This document shows positions 12,672-27,200 of a stretch of 64,000 bases of DNA, in pieces. Source of the stretch: Lama glama (taxonomy: Eukaryota); contig CM052817.1 in NCBI GenBank assembly GCA_028534125.1, positions 95,172,001-95,236,000 on the forward strand, given 5' to 3'. Positions within the stretch are counted from its first letter, which is position 1; the number at the start of each line of letters is the position of its first letter. The notes under the pieces were generated by a model. That model made no database searches, was not told where the DNA came from, and saw nothing but the letters and a program-made list of their open reading frames with translations. A program made the translations under genes and the position numbers.

Positions 12672-12804
12672 TTGTAACTGTCATCCTCTGAATCTGATAT
12701 TTCACTGTTGTTTTCATCAGCTACTTCAGAGGTGTCTAGTCCCATCAAGATTTTACTCACATCAGTTTTAAATACCTTCTCATACAACAATTCATAAAGG
12801 AGAG
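12672..12804 (-). CDS. OTUD4: OTUD4 exon 7 (S202/S204 acidic motif)
   Basis: ttgcag|CT..AA|gtaaga; 133 nt; SLLYELLYEKVFKTDVSKILMGLDTSEVADENNSEISDSEDDSY(K). Confidence 0.96.
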
Positions 12805-13196
12805 CTGCAAGTAACAAGAGAGAGACATTACACGGCATTAACTAATTTTATGTTCTAACGTAAAATTGAGATTGCTCAAGCTTCTACAGTCCTAACTAGA
12901 CACCTGCAACATTCTATGGTCAATAACACAATTTAATCAGAAAGCTACCTAGATAGAGAGCATCTACAATGTCTGTCTTTGCAGTGAATTACTTCCAAAT
13001 CATTTACATAAGATACTGACATTTTTTAAGCTATAACACAAAAAAGGTATCACAACTGTGAAACAAGTATAATGCAATTAAATGTGCACACTGAGCAATG
13101 ACTACATTTCATACACTGTGCCTAGCCTTTACACACCTTCATATTCAGTCCCAGCACAGTGAAGTGTTCTAACTGTACACATGAAAAAACTAAGGC

Positions 13197-13340
13197 GGGG
13201 GGAGGAGTAGCTGAGGGGTAGAATGTGGTCCTTAGCAGGCAGGAGGTCTGAGTTCAATCCCCAGTCCCGCCTTAAAATAAATAAATTAAAGACCTAATCA
13301 CCTCTCCCCACCCAAAAAGAAGAAAAAAAAAAAAAAAAAG
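13197..13340 (+). mobile_element. tRNA-derived SINE (vic-1-like), inserted in a MIR relic
   Basis: ggggaggagtagctga..gagttcaatccccagt..aataaataaa..cctaatcacctctcccc followed by poly-A. Confidence 0.85.
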
Positions 13341-14021
13341 AACTACAGACATCACACAACCTGCCCAACCTTAAGAGGCTTGGATGGAAAACTTAAGGGC
13401 ATGAAAGAAGAGAACTTTTCATAAAGGACTAAAAAGAAACTGTTATAAAATGTGCTCTTATCACCCCCCACTGAAGCATATTTAGCCAACCTCTTTGCTT
13501 TAAAAAAGGGGGAAAAAAACTCCAGAAAACACAGAAATATGTATTACCAAATATTCAAAAACACACTCCACCTGGAGTTTAGGACTCTCATTTGGTTTAA
13601 ATTACAATGACCTTTACAAAAACAAGAATACTAAGAATTCACCCACCATGGTCCCCCAAGACACCCTTGTCTCACAGATCACCTTGCATCTACCCTGATA
13701 TCATACAAGCCACAGGCACTGAGACGTGCAGGAGAGGTAGGCACCATGAGCTGTCCCTTCCAAAGCTGAAGTGTCCAGATTTTGAATAACTGAGAGAGGA
13801 GGACAGAGCCCCAGATTCAGACTCCTAGACTTTCCTATCCCAAAACAGATCAATCAGTTTAAAAATCTGCATTATACACAACTTCGCTGGTCACCCTAGC
13901 TGGAGAACAGAGGAAAAATCTGTCACACGCCCAGCACCGCTGCTTTGCACGAGTGATGTGCACTTTATTGGAACAGATGATAAAGGAGCTGAAGTAAGAA
14001 GGTAGGAAGGACCTACCAGAG

Positions 14022-14236
14022 CAGTAATTCTCAACTGAGGATGAAAGGGGGATTTTACCCTCCCAGGAAATATTTGGCAAAATCTGGAGACATTTCTGGC
14101 TGTCACATGGGGGAGACAGTTACTGGCACCCACACAGCTGATACTACTAAACATCCTGCAATGCACAGAACCCCCCTCTCCAAAACAAGTAATTATCTGG
14201 CCCCAATGTCAACAGTGCCAAGGTTAAGAAACCCTG
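14022..14236 (+). mobile_element. MER20 (hAT-Charlie MITE), near full length
   Basis: cagtaattctcaac...atttggcaa..tctggagacattt..taaacatcctgcaatgcacag..aggttaagaaaccctg. Confidence 0.85.
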
Positions 14237-14579
14237 GTCTGGAGCCAAATATAATCAAATGCTTGACTTCCCTTATTTAGATTTTTACATTATACGCTAA
14301 CAGCTTAAAAAACACATATAAATCCTTATTACTAAAATTAATCACTGCAGGAAAAAAATAATATTGTATTTACAAGCCAAACTCTAAGCAACTAGCAGCT
14401 CCCTTTCTGCCTATTGAAACAAGTTTTTATTACAGTATTAACATTTCTGGTTAACCTAAGGTTCTCAGAAATATATTTTTATACAACAGAACAGTGTATT
14501 TGCCCTGACTTGTCTGCATTAAGACTATGCATTGCTTAGGGATAAAATGTCCTATACAAACAACAAGGGTAATACTTAC

Positions 14580-14661
14580 ACTGACACATGGCAGAGCTCT
14601 CTTTATACTTTATGGGATAGACAATATCATAATGATTTCCATTTGAAAAACACAGTAATAC
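14580..14661 (-). CDS. OTUD4: OTUD4 exon 6 (catalytic His148)
   Basis: tttcag|GTA..T|gtaagt; 82 nt; VLLCFSNGNHYDIVYPIKYKESSAMCQ, containing the HYD His-box. Confidence 0.96.
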
Positions 14662-15707
14662 CTGAAAGGGAAAAATAAAAAACGCTTCTGAGTCCTTCAC
14701 GTATGACATTTACGTAGAACTTCTATCTCCAGTATCTCTGAATTACTAGTAAATAATTTCCAAGTAGAAAGTGAGTATTTCAGAAGCTCCCATGTGGTAC
14801 ATCTATACACTGAAACGCCACACAGCCATTACATCAAAAAGTTCTTAATGACTTGGGGAAATGCTTATAGGATCACAAATCACATACAACTTATGATAAC
14901 AACATGATTTCAACTATTTAAAGACCAAGAGGTTAAAAGCCTTTAAGAAATTATTCCAAAACCTTATTAATGCTTACCTCGCTAAGAGGCAGAATCAAAA
15001 GCAAATTTTTTCTGCTTTACAGTTTTAAGTACCTTCTAAACAGTCAACTACTTATGCAAAGAGAAATGCATACTGATTTTGTTTAGATTATGTCATATTC
15101 CAAGAATTATACTGGAAAGGCCAGATCCAGAGCCAAGCACCTTGGAAACCCCCAAGTCCTTATAAAGGTATATTTCACTCAGTTCCCCTCCCCTCACCAC
15201 CATTAGCATGGTGACAAGACACTTTAGCTTGGTCGGGATGATTCCAAAACAGCTCATTTAAATAAAGTTCTCTAACAGTGAATCAGGTTTCATTTTATTT
15301 GTCCCTTTTTAGACTTTCTGCTTTGTGAATCGGATTATCTTTATTATGGGAAACAGATCGCAACTACCGATCTATTAATTTCTGGGTACAATGACAGAAC
15401 CTATTTTCACAAGTAATTTTACTATTTAATGTTCATACTGGTATAAGACAGTAACAGTCTAGTTAATCATGTACTACTACCTCCATTTTTTTCCTCTAGT
15501 AAAATGTTATGAGTTCAACAGTGACTTGTGGGGAAAAACAAATTCAAAATAATATAACTCAATGATAATTATCAGGAACTTAAAAAAACTCAAAAAGTAA
15601 CTTTAAAAAATTCAAAGTCAAGTAAAAATTATAGCTCAGGCAGTCAAGGTGGCAACTGAGTGGCTCTTTTACTTAAACCTTTTAGAAACGCTTAGAAAAA
15701 TTCTTAC

Positions 15708-15780
15708 CTTTTCAGGAAAATTATTTTCAGTTACTTGTGAAGGAGAAACATTTGGTTCCCGATAAATTATAAAATCTTTC
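15708..15780 (-). CDS. OTUD4: OTUD4 exon 5
   Basis: tttcag|G..AAG|gtaaga; 73 nt; KDFIIYREPNVSPSQVTENNFPEK. Confidence 0.96.
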
Positions 15781-16470
15781 CTGAAAATAACATTTAGAAA
15801 TTACTTCTGATGAAATGTATTTCATGAATTGAGATTTCATGATTTCATTCTTTTACTCAAGAGCCTAGTACACAACAAGCAATGTTCTTGGCCCTGGAGA
15901 CAGAGCAGTAAGCAAAAGACTGTGACGGAATAACTAGGCTCTAACATACCTGCATAAACGTATCCATTTAAAAAAAATACTTTAAATATAATTTGCATAT
16001 ATGTAACTGCAGCTGTAACTCTAAAAGTAGACCTCAAAATCACAGAAATTATGAAGATAAAATCTATAAAGACATTTTGAAAAGAAAAAAATAAAGCATT
16101 CACCTGCTCCTCTACTGGGCAAAAGTAATGAAATTGGCACTCCGGTGTTTTGCCTCTGTCCTAGTGGCCACTCACTGCTACCAGCCCTGAGAAAGTGGGG
16201 AAGCATTTCTCTGGGAGGCTGATAACTGATATAGTTCATAGGCTTGGAAAACTTTAGGAATATTCCATTCCAAAAATATTTTGAGAATTAAAATTCCTAA
16301 ACACTGACATATCTAAATGTCAAACTGATGCAATTAAAAAAACAAACCATTAAAAAAGATTCTCAAAATCAACAAAAACTGCTTTGCTACTTTAACAGTT
16401 TTAGTATAATGGAATCTGTTAATTTCCCACTGACTTCATTTTTGTTTGCCTATGTTATTACAGTGTTTAC

Positions 16471-16517
16471 CTGTACATAAGAGAAAGGGCACTTATTTCC
16501 ACTTGTCCAACCCATTC
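16471..16517 (-). CDS. OTUD4: OTUD4 exon 4
   Basis: atacag|GAA..AG|gtaaac; 47 nt; EWVGQVEISALSLMY(R), the OTU W-G-x-x-E motif. Confidence 0.96.
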
Positions 16518-17039
16518 CTGTATTGAAGAAAAGAAGTTGGCACATAAGTCTCATACTTTTTACAAAACCTTAATACATATCTTTATACAATGTACCTAAT
16601 GAACTAGAAAAGCTCATTAATATTATTAGTATTATGAATATTATAAAAGCATGTCTGTAAAACAGACTATAATATGTACTAAAAGGCAGCCCAAGTCTCT
16701 GCTGCAACAATCTCTAGTAACGGGGACGCCGTAAGAGTTTCTGCTCGCGTGGCAAGATGACGGAGTGGTACTTTACAGCTGAGAACTTGCTGAAGGCAAG
16801 GGCTCTGTCTTCCAGCCTAGCTGGACAGAGCCTGGCACATGGTACATGCCCAGAAAATGGGATGATGAGCAGGAGCAGAACTCAGGAATCAGAAAGGATG
16901 AAAAAGGGCAGAAGATCTCTTATCTTCAGCATGACTGAGCACAAAGAAAGCAGTGTCCCAGCAGTCACGGTACCGTGCGGTAGAAGTTCTAGAACTAAAG
17001 GAGCCACTTCAAGTCCTTCAACTTTTTAGAAGAAAACAG

Positions 17040-17550
17040 CCAGTATATATCAAAATTTTAAATCCCCATATACTCTTTGATCCAGCAATTCAACTTCTAT
17101 TAAGTCTACCTTAAAGAAATTTTTCATATGTTCACAAGCGTACATAAACAAGAATGTTCACTGTAGCTATTTTTAATAGCTTAAAAAAATTTTTTTAAAG
17201 AAAGCCCCAAGATTCCACCAACAGACAAGAAATTATTAATTTATGGTTCATCCAAATTATGTACAGAAACACCACGCAATCATCAAAAAGAAGGTACACT
17301 CATGTGAACTGACTGGGAAGGATCACCCCGACTACTAAGGGAAAAAGACAGTCACAGTAAAATAACCCTGTTGTGCAAAACAAACAGGAAGGCACGTCTG
17401 ATATGTGTGCATACATGCGACAGGAGGCCTGCGAGGACACATCCTGAATTGACAGCAGAGAGACAGGGACTTCAAGATGAGGGAAAACGAAGGATTTTCA
17501 CTCCTCATTCTGTGTTAAATTTTTTACCATGAGATGTATTTCTGTACTAC
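17040..17550 (+). mobile_element. Old L1 3' fragment (L1ME-like)
   Basis: ctttgatccagcaattc.acttct..aagaatgttcactgtagc..tatggttcatcca. Confidence 0.6.
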
Positions 17551-18299
17551 CCGTGAGATCAGTAAAGACTTTTGTTGCTAAACATAACGAGTTGCTAAAC
17601 ATAACGAGCTATGATAAATGAATGCTGCCTCTTTCTCCCTGGAAGAAAAGAACTTTGAGGCAAGGAAAAGGTTTTAGATAATGCTGTGATCTCTCAGAAA
17701 ACAATCATCTTTCCTCCACAGACTTTGCATTTTAATAGTTCTTAAAAGTTGGCTCTGGTTTTCAAAATGAAATGGGTGCCTTATATTAAAATAGATTTCT
17801 TAAAATAGGCCTCTGCCTAACAATCACGGCTTCTCATAAGCTGCTAGAAGTGACACCCTCTGGTACAGAGGAAATCCTCCCCTGAAGTCAGTCTGCCTAG
17901 CTCGCGAACACAAGCTACATCCACTTTACAGAAGGCATTGCATCCCCTGAAAAGATGGAAAAGTACTCTACAAGTGTCAACAAAATACTACCTCTCAAAT
18001 AATGGACCTTTCTACAAGTATTTAAATCTTCAGAATAAACTCTGTTGTAGCCTGGTTAAGTGCAAAAGGGCCATTATAGCATCTTCTTGTCTTCTCTAAC
18101 CAGGGTCAAAAATTTATAATTTTAAATTATTAAAAAAAAACTATATTCTACCATTGCCTTCCACCTTTAAGGCTGTAATTACTCAGCACTCTGTGTAAGT
18201 TTGATCTACTTCCTTATTTTGGGTGAAAGAACAGCATTTCTGCAAATCCTGTTTTAACTAAAGAACAATAACTACATCAAAAATGCTGATTTAAATGTT

Positions 18300-19240
18300 C
18301 TTAAATACTCATCAAAAGCAAAATGTGGTCCTCAAAAGACACTATTAAGAATATAAAAAGATACAAATTGGAACAAAATATTGGAAAACATATATATAAT
18401 ACAAAGTAAACTTGTAATTCAATAAAACAAACATAACAAAAAAAAGGACAAAATCTCTGAATACACATTTCACCAACAAAGATATACGGATGGCAAATAA
18501 GCATATAACAAGATGCTGAACATTACTAGAGAAATGTTAAAAATCACAATGATATTCCACTACACAATCACTAACACAGCTACAACTTAAAAGGCTGACA
18601 ATCCTGAGTGTTGACGAAGATGTTGAGCAATTGGAATTCTCTTATGTTGCTGATGAGAATGCAAAATGGCACAGCCACTTTGGAAAACTGATTGGCAATT
18701 TCTCATTAAGTTTACATACATTTACCTTATGACCCAGCAATGCCACCCCTAGGTATTAATCCAAGCGAAAAGAAAACCTAAGTCCGCACAAAGACTTGCA
18801 AGCAAACGTTCTCAGCAGCTTTAGTCATAACTAGCCCCAAAATGGAAAGAACTTAAATATCCATCAGCTGGTAAATGGATAAACAAAATGTAGTCCATCC
18901 ATACAACAAATCACTACTCAGTAATAAAAAGGAACAAACAACAAAATCACAAAACAACATGGATGAATCTCAAAGTGTTTCCATTATGTTAAGTGAAAGA
19001 AGCAGATCATATCATGTCATTCCATTTGTGAGTCTAGAAAAGGCAAAAAAACAGCACATTAGTGGATGTGCAGGAGAGCCAGGGGTGTGGGGTGAAGTGC
19101 AAAAGGGCGTAAGACTCTGAGTGATAGAAATGTCCTATATGATGTTTGCGGTGCTGGTTACACAATTGTATCCATCTGTCAAATTTCATCAAATTATAAA
19201 CTTAAAATTTTATTGTATATCAATTCTACCTCCATAAAGC
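18300..19240 (+). mobile_element. L1 (L1MB/MC-like) ORF2 end and 3'UTR
   Basis: gaatgcaaaatggcacagccactttggaaaac..tatgacccagcaat..atggatgaatctca. Confidence 0.85.
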
Positions 19241-21703
19241 TGACAAAAATATATTCTTGCAAAAAGTTGGAGGCATTTTTCAAAATGCTCCACTGGTATT
19301 TTTAAGTAAAAGTATAAGGGGCTTTCTCTGAACCGGATGAAGCAATGGAGTTTTATCAACTGTATTTCCCTTTTCATTTCATACATTCCATATATCAGGT
19401 AGGAAGAAACAAATGAAGACAAAAACATCTGTTGCTAATAACAAGGAGCAAATGACTTTTCAGAAGGTTCCTAAAACATCTGGAGAAGGGTTGTGATCAC
19501 ACTGGGAAGGAGAGTGTCCAAAGAATAAGAAAATCCAGCTAGCCAGCACACTGGGAAGGAGACACCTGTCCCATGTGCTCAAAAATGAAAGCAACTTTCC
19601 CTGCCTCCTCTCCTGCAGACCCCCAAGTCAATCTCAGCTCAGGCCACAGCACCTCGTTTCCTCCTTCTGACCCCTCCCCTCTCCACTCCCACAATGTCTC
19701 TTCTATCCTTTCTCAGACCCTCACAGGCCAACAGCTTCAATTGTTGTGCAGAGATCACTATACAATAATATCCTGGGGGTTTTTTCTGATTAAAAATTAA
19801 TAAATAGCCTTTGTCATTTCCTTCATCTTCTTTAAAGGAAATAAAAATCACCAGTTATACTACTACTGAGAGGCAACATGCTGGCGTTTATCCTGTAACA
19901 GACAATGCGACATGGATTTAACATTCATTCAGCTCGCACGAACGGATCATCGATGAGGCACTCCAAATGGACAGGCAATGATGGGAAGTCCAAAAGCAGT
20001 AAAATATATAATCCTTGCCATCAAAGAGGCTTATAAATGAAGAGAAAAAAGCAAAAACTTCAGGAAAATGAATTTATGATCATTTTTTGAGGGCAAAACT
20101 CAGTTTTAAATTTTTTAAAATGTTGTCAGGAGTGGATTTAGAGAAAAGGCCTTCAGAGAGTATTTGTCTCCAAAACTGGAGTAATACTATACTTGTTCCT
20201 TTTTTTACACTTAATATAGCGTGCCCACTTTCCCATGTATTACACAATTTTTTTAATGCCATTGAAATTGGTCCTTCTGCCTCTGGTCTCATCTACTTCC
20301 AAACTATCTTTACACAAGTGTTGCAACCATCTATTCAGTTAGTCAACAAAAATGCCGGGCACTCTTCCCCATTCACAGCAGTGAAGAAAACATACTCACT
20401 TCCTTCCTGTCTCCAAAAACTTGAAGATTTCCCAATGCCAGATTCCCAGGCCCCAGGCACAGAGACTTTGGGTCTGGAACAGGGGCCGGGGACCTGCATT
20501 TCCCTGATGAACACGGCCTGGAGGTCACTCTGAGAGATGCTGGCCTGAAGCACAAGCTCCAAGCTGCTGAGCCGGGCCTGCAGCTCCCAGGCCTGGAGCA
20601 CCCCCATGGTTGGCCACAGCCGGCCCTCACACTCCTCCCCACCTCCCGCCTGCCTGGGCTGCAGGCTGCTCACAGCTCCAAGTGCTTTCTGAGTCTGCCC
20701 TGTGCACAGTGTTCACTACCTGGCAACGCCCTCCACCATGGGCATTTCCTACCCAGAATCTATTCAGATTTCGAATGCCCACTCACTCTCCAACTCCTGC
20801 TTTGCCTACCAAGCAGGAAGTAAAACTGAAATGCCTACAGCACCACGTCCACACTTCTGGTACACAGGCACTTTCTCCCCTGTAGTAGGTATTCTTCTCT
20901 ACTATAAGGGAACTCCTGAGAACAGCATCCAAATCCCAGTCACCTCTGCATCCCGCGTGCCTGGCAATTCCTGGCCCACAACACACACCCAAACAGGAGT
21001 TAGTCAAACGGAGACACCAAACATTGACCAAACGCCCTATTCCTATGTTATTATTCCCTCTCCCCTGACTCCTCCCCTCAGCTTTTTCATTTGCTAATGT
21101 CCTCTTAAACTGAACAGTGATGACCTCTGGGGATGATGGAACAGTCTACATGGCATTCTGCAGGGCATTTCATTACATCTGGATTTTTACAGTAAGAATA
21201 GTTTTGTAAGCAGGAAAAAAAAATTCTTCCCACTTGAAAATGACTGAGCACGCTGGCAGCGGGACTGGGGCGAAGTGCTGTCCCTTGACCCTCAGCGGTC
21301 TCTTCCTCCTCACGCTGACCACAGGGCACGCGGCCTCCATGAGGAACCTGTCTTCTCAGCTGCCTAAGGAAGCATCAAGTATCGCCCTGTCCACCGCGCC
21401 CCGTACACACACCCACACGGCACCCTGAAACCACCGGCAGTGTTATTTTTGGTCTTTTATGCTACAATCACACACTGTCATGACAGGTAAAGACAGCACG
21501 ACTCTCTCCTTTGGGAGGCAACATTCAGTGCACAGTACACAGCTCTGTCTTCTAATTAAATGCCGGATAAAATGTGCACCTAACAGAAAATGTTTATAAG
21601 GAAACCCCTCCATACCCTGTAATATTAAGTGCATGTTATAATGAACTTTGAATATATTATTTAAATATATAAAAAATAAACATACTAGAAGATAACTGCA
21701 TAC

Positions 21704-21754
21704 CTGTGGATTTTCCAAACGTTTTAAATACTCTTCAAATGACCCTTCTATAAA
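21704..21754 (-). CDS. OTUD4: OTUD4 exon 3
   Basis: ttgcag|TTT..CAG|gtatgc; 51 nt; FIEGSFEEYLKRLENPQ. Confidence 0.96.
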
Positions 21755-24210
21755 CTGCAAAAAAAGAAAAAGTCTATTAAGAATACATAAAAGCAACAGT
21801 CAACCTCTTCACTGTGAATTACTGAGTTTTTTACACAAACCTTGGATACACCAGTAATAGTTAATTATACATACACAAAATCTAATTATGCAAATATATA
21901 CAAATCGTCATAAAACATACAAAAGAATTTAAAGAAGGAAACACCATCAGAAAGCATTTCCTGGACAGGACATGGAGGCACACAGGGACAGCACAGCAGG
22001 AGGGGCAGGGAGAGCACTGTGCTGGGAGCACAGGAGCCACCCGGCGAGCAGGAACAGGGCAAGCAGGTGGGGAGAGCACAATGAGGGAGGGACTCAACTG
22101 GGCACCTGTTTACGGAGGGCCTGGAGCCCAGGACTTTGAGGGAGGAGGCAATTCAAGGTCACTTCAGGTGACACCATAAACAAATTACATGATAAAAGCA
22201 GTACTTAACTATGGTCATGGCCAATGCATAGCAGAGAATTAAACAAAGACAGGAATATTAGTTTACTAATAGATATAAATATTCACAGTCTCTTAGGTCA
22301 GTTACACTAAAAACAAGGATGAGAAGTAATAACACTAAAGATATTTTGAAGAATCAACAAGTTTTCTAATAGTGTGTTTCACTGTTACTTTAACGTAAAG
22401 ATAAAAGGGAGTTTCTTCAAACTATGTAATAATGTTTTTTGCTTTTCTCATAGTAGTTGCACTAATTTAATTGAGAAAGACATTTGTCTGAAGCACCAAA
22501 TTCAACTTTATTTAAATTACAGTCCCAGTTAATTCAGGAAAGTGATACACTTAAAAACATTACAGTACACTTGCTGGTCTATAAAAATCTTTTAAATGTC
22601 CATGGATTTTTTTTTAAGACTGAGATATAATTCTATATATCGTATACTGTCAAATTTCCAAAAAACATCCTAAGTTTCAACACATATTTATAAAAAAGTA
22701 GTCACATATTTTAAATATCCCACCAATCAGAGACTGTTCTATATCTGGTGATTATTTGTAGACTCAAGAAACAAAAACCCACAGAACCCATTCAAAGCTG
22801 GAAGAGACGCAAGCCCATATCCAATCTGAGACTGTCCTTTCTAATCAGAAAGTACCTACCTTAAGCCCTGACTAAGCACTGTCAGTAAGTAACCAGGCGC
22901 ACCTCCTCTTCCTAGGACGCCTTTCCCAATAGCGGCCAACAGACACTGTCAGAGGAATTCATTGTAAGGAAAAGTGAAACCTTCCCCTTCGGAACTTTCA
23001 GCCTCCGATCATACCTCCCAAGATTGTAAAGGCCAAATAATACACACAAAGAACTTCACACAACGCCTGCGGGCACACAGTCAATGCTCAACCAGTATCG
23101 GCAATTTCCATTACCACCAACAGTTTAACCTTTTGGCCAAAAATAACTGATTCACTTGTAATTTCTTCAAATACTTTAAGATCACTCTACTTCCCTGCTG
23201 TCTTCACCATCATACCATAACACTCTCTCATCTAGCCTTCACATTACCAGTTTTTTGTTTGTTATTTTTTTTTTAAGAAGAAAAGTTTTCAAATCTGATC
23301 AAGCAGGTAACTCTCCTTTCTGGAATGTATTACTGTGCATCTGATAACACAGCACCCAGAAAAATGTCACCAGTAATAATATTTCGCTTAAATATAGGAA
23401 CTCAAACCCAAGCACGCATCTAAACTAAGAACTGTTTACCTACTAAGTCTTAGAATTGAGTTACATGCAAAGCATCCATGTTCCTTTGGCAGTCAACAGG
23501 GGAAAATTCCACTGAAAGTTGTCAGATGATGTAGGTCATAAAACCAATAATTAGTAAATCTTGTAAGGTTTTTGATGTAAAATGAAAATAGGTCACTGTG
23601 GCATCTTATTTCATAGCCTACTACGTACTACAGAGGAAATTACAGCAAGTAGCTATTCCGTTAACTACTAATTAACTGCTACATTCTATTAACTACTAAT
23701 CATTAAAATTACAGTGTTCTGATATGCGATTCCCAATGATGAACCCTGAAAATTAAAAATCTATTAATCTGATAAAAATCAAAGGCTCAGCATTAGCTAT
23801 GCTCAGCATGTTTTATACTCCAAGTCTGCAATTTTTAAAATTCATAGGCGGTCACCAATCACAGAAAGCTGTTAACCACACACCCAATTCCCTGATCATG
23901 TCAGACAAAGCTCACTCTAAATACATACAGATCCTGCCCGAGTCATCCTTCCATCCTCCACTGCTCAGGGTCTGATCTGTTACAGAAGCTTTCTAAATGT
24001 CTGAATAAACAAACACCATAAAATGGCCTCAAAAAAAATCACAACTGAAAATAACTGGATTTGAATTCAGTAAACCAGTTCTTTTTTATAAAGGTTGTCT
24101 TCATCAGCTACATTAAGATCCAACCTGTGAAATTCCCACTAGACCACTTCTAAAAAGTGAAATGTAAATTTAAGGCAAGACACCATTACATGTCTAAAAT
24201 TACAAATTAC

Positions 24211-24294
24211 CTCTTCAAATTTCTCTCGGTTCTCTCGGAGATAATGGATACAGGCCATCCGGACTTCAACGTGGCGAGACTGAGAGTGCAGCAC
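24211..24294 (-). CDS. OTUD4: OTUD4 exon 2 (aa 54-81)
   Basis: ctgcag|GTG..GAG|gtaatt; 84 nt; VLHSQSRHVEVRMACIHYLRENREKFEE. Confidence 0.96.
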
Positions 24295-27200
24295 CTGCAG
24301 AGGAAGAGGCACACACCACTGAGCACCTGAGAGTCAAGTCATGCCGACGGGCCTCCTCTCACCCAGCACGACCTCAGGACCAACAGGCACCAGCCTCCAC
24401 CTCCCCTTCTCTGAGTTCTAGCTCTTGACTCATTCCCACCTCTCCCCCGAACACATACACATACAACAGGAGCACTTCATAAGCCAGGTGTCATCCTACC
24501 AAGAGCTCAATACCACTTTCCTTTAGGTCACTGAAATCACTCCTTTGAGGAAATCTTTGTAAACTTAAGACACTCCTCTCTCGGCCAGCCCTCTACTATA
24601 ACTGCTCTTCACGAAGCAGGGCTAACAGAATTCCTGCTACTCGGGGCTTAGCTTCATCCTATGCTTGTTGGTAAGGAGAACAAATAGGCAACTTCAACAA
24701 AAAATCCCCGTTTTAAGAAGCTTTAAGTCCATAAGAGATAAATTTCTTTTTCCCAGTAGTTTTGAATGAGTTGCCTCATATATAAATTCAAGTCCATTGT
24801 GGTTTCAGAGAAATTAAGGCACTCATTCCTAAATCCTTAGCTGTCAGGCTTACATGATTCTTGGAAGAACATGCAGCGAGTAGCACACAGGATGCAAATG
24901 TGCCCCAGTGTGCTGTCGTCCCAGCAGCCTTGAAATTTGCTCTTAAGCCCCAAATCTTACAGCACCACCTGAAAAAAGTAAGCCACACTACAAAGATGAT
25001 CCAAATCCTCTCACTATGTAGTCTCTGTATTCTTCTATTAAACAACCAGTTCAACGAAAGGATAACCTATTAGTATTTTGTCTTACTAAAATTCTAAGGC
25101 TTTGGTTTAAAACCAACTAATATCATCAAATGGTTAGGAACCTCTTGGCTAGTCTCCAATACTACCATACTTTTAACTACCATACTTAAAATTTTTTCCT
25201 ATTACTAAGTGTCTCAAACGAAGGTGCTCCTGATACCCTTACAAGGTTAAGGTACAGGCAAAAAAAAAAAAAAAAAAAAAAAAACACTGACACTTAAAAT
25301 AACCATTATCTCAAACTACTATCAAGGCCTCTTGAGAATCTATTACAAAGAAGCTTTAAGAGCTGCAGCTCCAATTCAGTGATTCTCCCTTACGTTCAGG
25401 ATGAGCAGAGAATTCAAGACAAGGGAAGCTCCAGCTAGCTGCACATTTTACAGGGCTTTGTGGATAGCAGCCAAGGCTCATTTATACCCACAAAACCAGA
25501 GGCGCAACTGTCTGGACGGCTAGTACGTCCCTTTACGTTAAGATACACTGAAGATGCACTAGCTGAGGTTAGCAATGAGTCACTTTTCAGTACACCAGCT
25601 GGAATTCAGCTTAAAGAACATAAACACTGCTGTCTTAGGAACTACTAAAAAGCATCCTTACCTATTCTAAGCTTCCAGCACTGGAAGGACTACATATGTA
25701 AAAACAGCCATCACACATTTTTTTTTTGCCAATTCAACAAATGACATTCAGCAACACTCCTTTCACAGAAGCTTTGTTAGACACGACTGTGAATCAAGGT
25801 ATTAGTCTGAGTAAACCACAGTGTCATCCGATAGGGCCTTCCTGCCATTAGTAAAGAGAAGCTAGTCTTAAAGCCATTTACCTAGCAACAGGTGGCAGAC
25901 ATAAGTGAGTAAAGCTTATTTTCCATCAAAAACAATGGCAGGCATATCTCTTGCTTTCTCTCCTCTTTTAACAAAGATTTTATTAGCACATGAAATCTGA
26001 ACCTGTTACTCAGAAGCAAAACTCTCAGCAATCTGCATCAAGTATGGGGTGCCGGGGCTTTACTGTAAGCCAAGTACTGTTAAGAGAAGCAAAGTTAAAT
26101 GACAACTGTTTAAAAAGCATAATGTTGTGCAGGTTCAAGGACATTCAGGAAGAATTCAAATGGCATGACAAGTATCTTTGCAAATTACTGTATACGTGAA
26201 GATAAGCTAGAAATAGGAGGCTCTCCAGTCTTAGGACAGACAGTGATAAACACTGAGAAAGGCTGAGACACTGCTTTAGCAAGTCCTCTCAGAGCGCCCT
26301 ATTTTTAGCTCCATGGCCACAGAGCTGATTCAGGTCAGGCCTCCTGCAGGCCCAAGTCCAGAAGTGTAAAAAGGGAAGGGCCTATCTAAATCGGGTAATT
26401 TGGAGGGAGACACTTCTCCTGATTCAAGACTCTCCCCTCGAAGACTGCCATTTAGATTACTTACCCTAACTCCTTGTTAGAAGTGATAAATTACTTAGAT
26501 ATAATTGGAGAAATCGTACACCAAAAAAGTCAATCCTCTGTACATATTTTTAAAGGGCAGCCTGAGGCTGCTGTTACTCCCCTCCCCCTGCCCCCTCCCC
26601 CAACACATACACTGCCTTTGGCCATGAAGGCTACATCTTTAGTCCATGTCTCCTGAAGAACTGAGCTTCCCCCAAAATTCATGGTATTAAGCTTTCTAAA
26701 AGCTCAGTATACCCTAAGTCGAGTCACATATTTGGAAGGGACAGTCCCTTATGCCTGACTTAAATCCCATCACAATAATATACAATAAAATGTGTTAGCT
26801 GATGTTAGCGATGAGTTCTTAGTGTAATCAGCCAGCTTGTGTTCCTTTCTACTTAAAAATAGAGAGATTCTGTATAATCAAATTTGCCAATTATCTATGG
26901 CATGTAGTACTGAAACCAGACACACCTTTCTGCTTCAGCACAAACTAGGATGTGCATAATCCAACTTCAAATATGCACCACACTTGCCTTATTTTTCTTG
27001 GTTTCCACCTGCTTCCCTATCAGACTCTTCCTAGAGCTAAATATGTATAAATAGAGGCTGAACTCACTTCTACCTCTTCCCTCTGCTTCTGGAGGTGCCG
27101 AGAGGTCCAGGGAGACAGACAGAGATCCGGAAAACTCCATAATGGGACTATTACTAATATTAAAGACAGGTGCTCTGTGTATGTGTAGACATAACCTACA

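Noticed and set aside
13197..13270. tRNA-like A/B boxes (also in four other places)
   Set aside because: These are SINE heads with A-rich tails, several with TSDs, and not tRNA genes.
20087..21097. Intronic ORFs of 90-148 aa
   Set aside because: No homology I recognise, no fitting splice structure, and partial overlap with a MER5-like relic.
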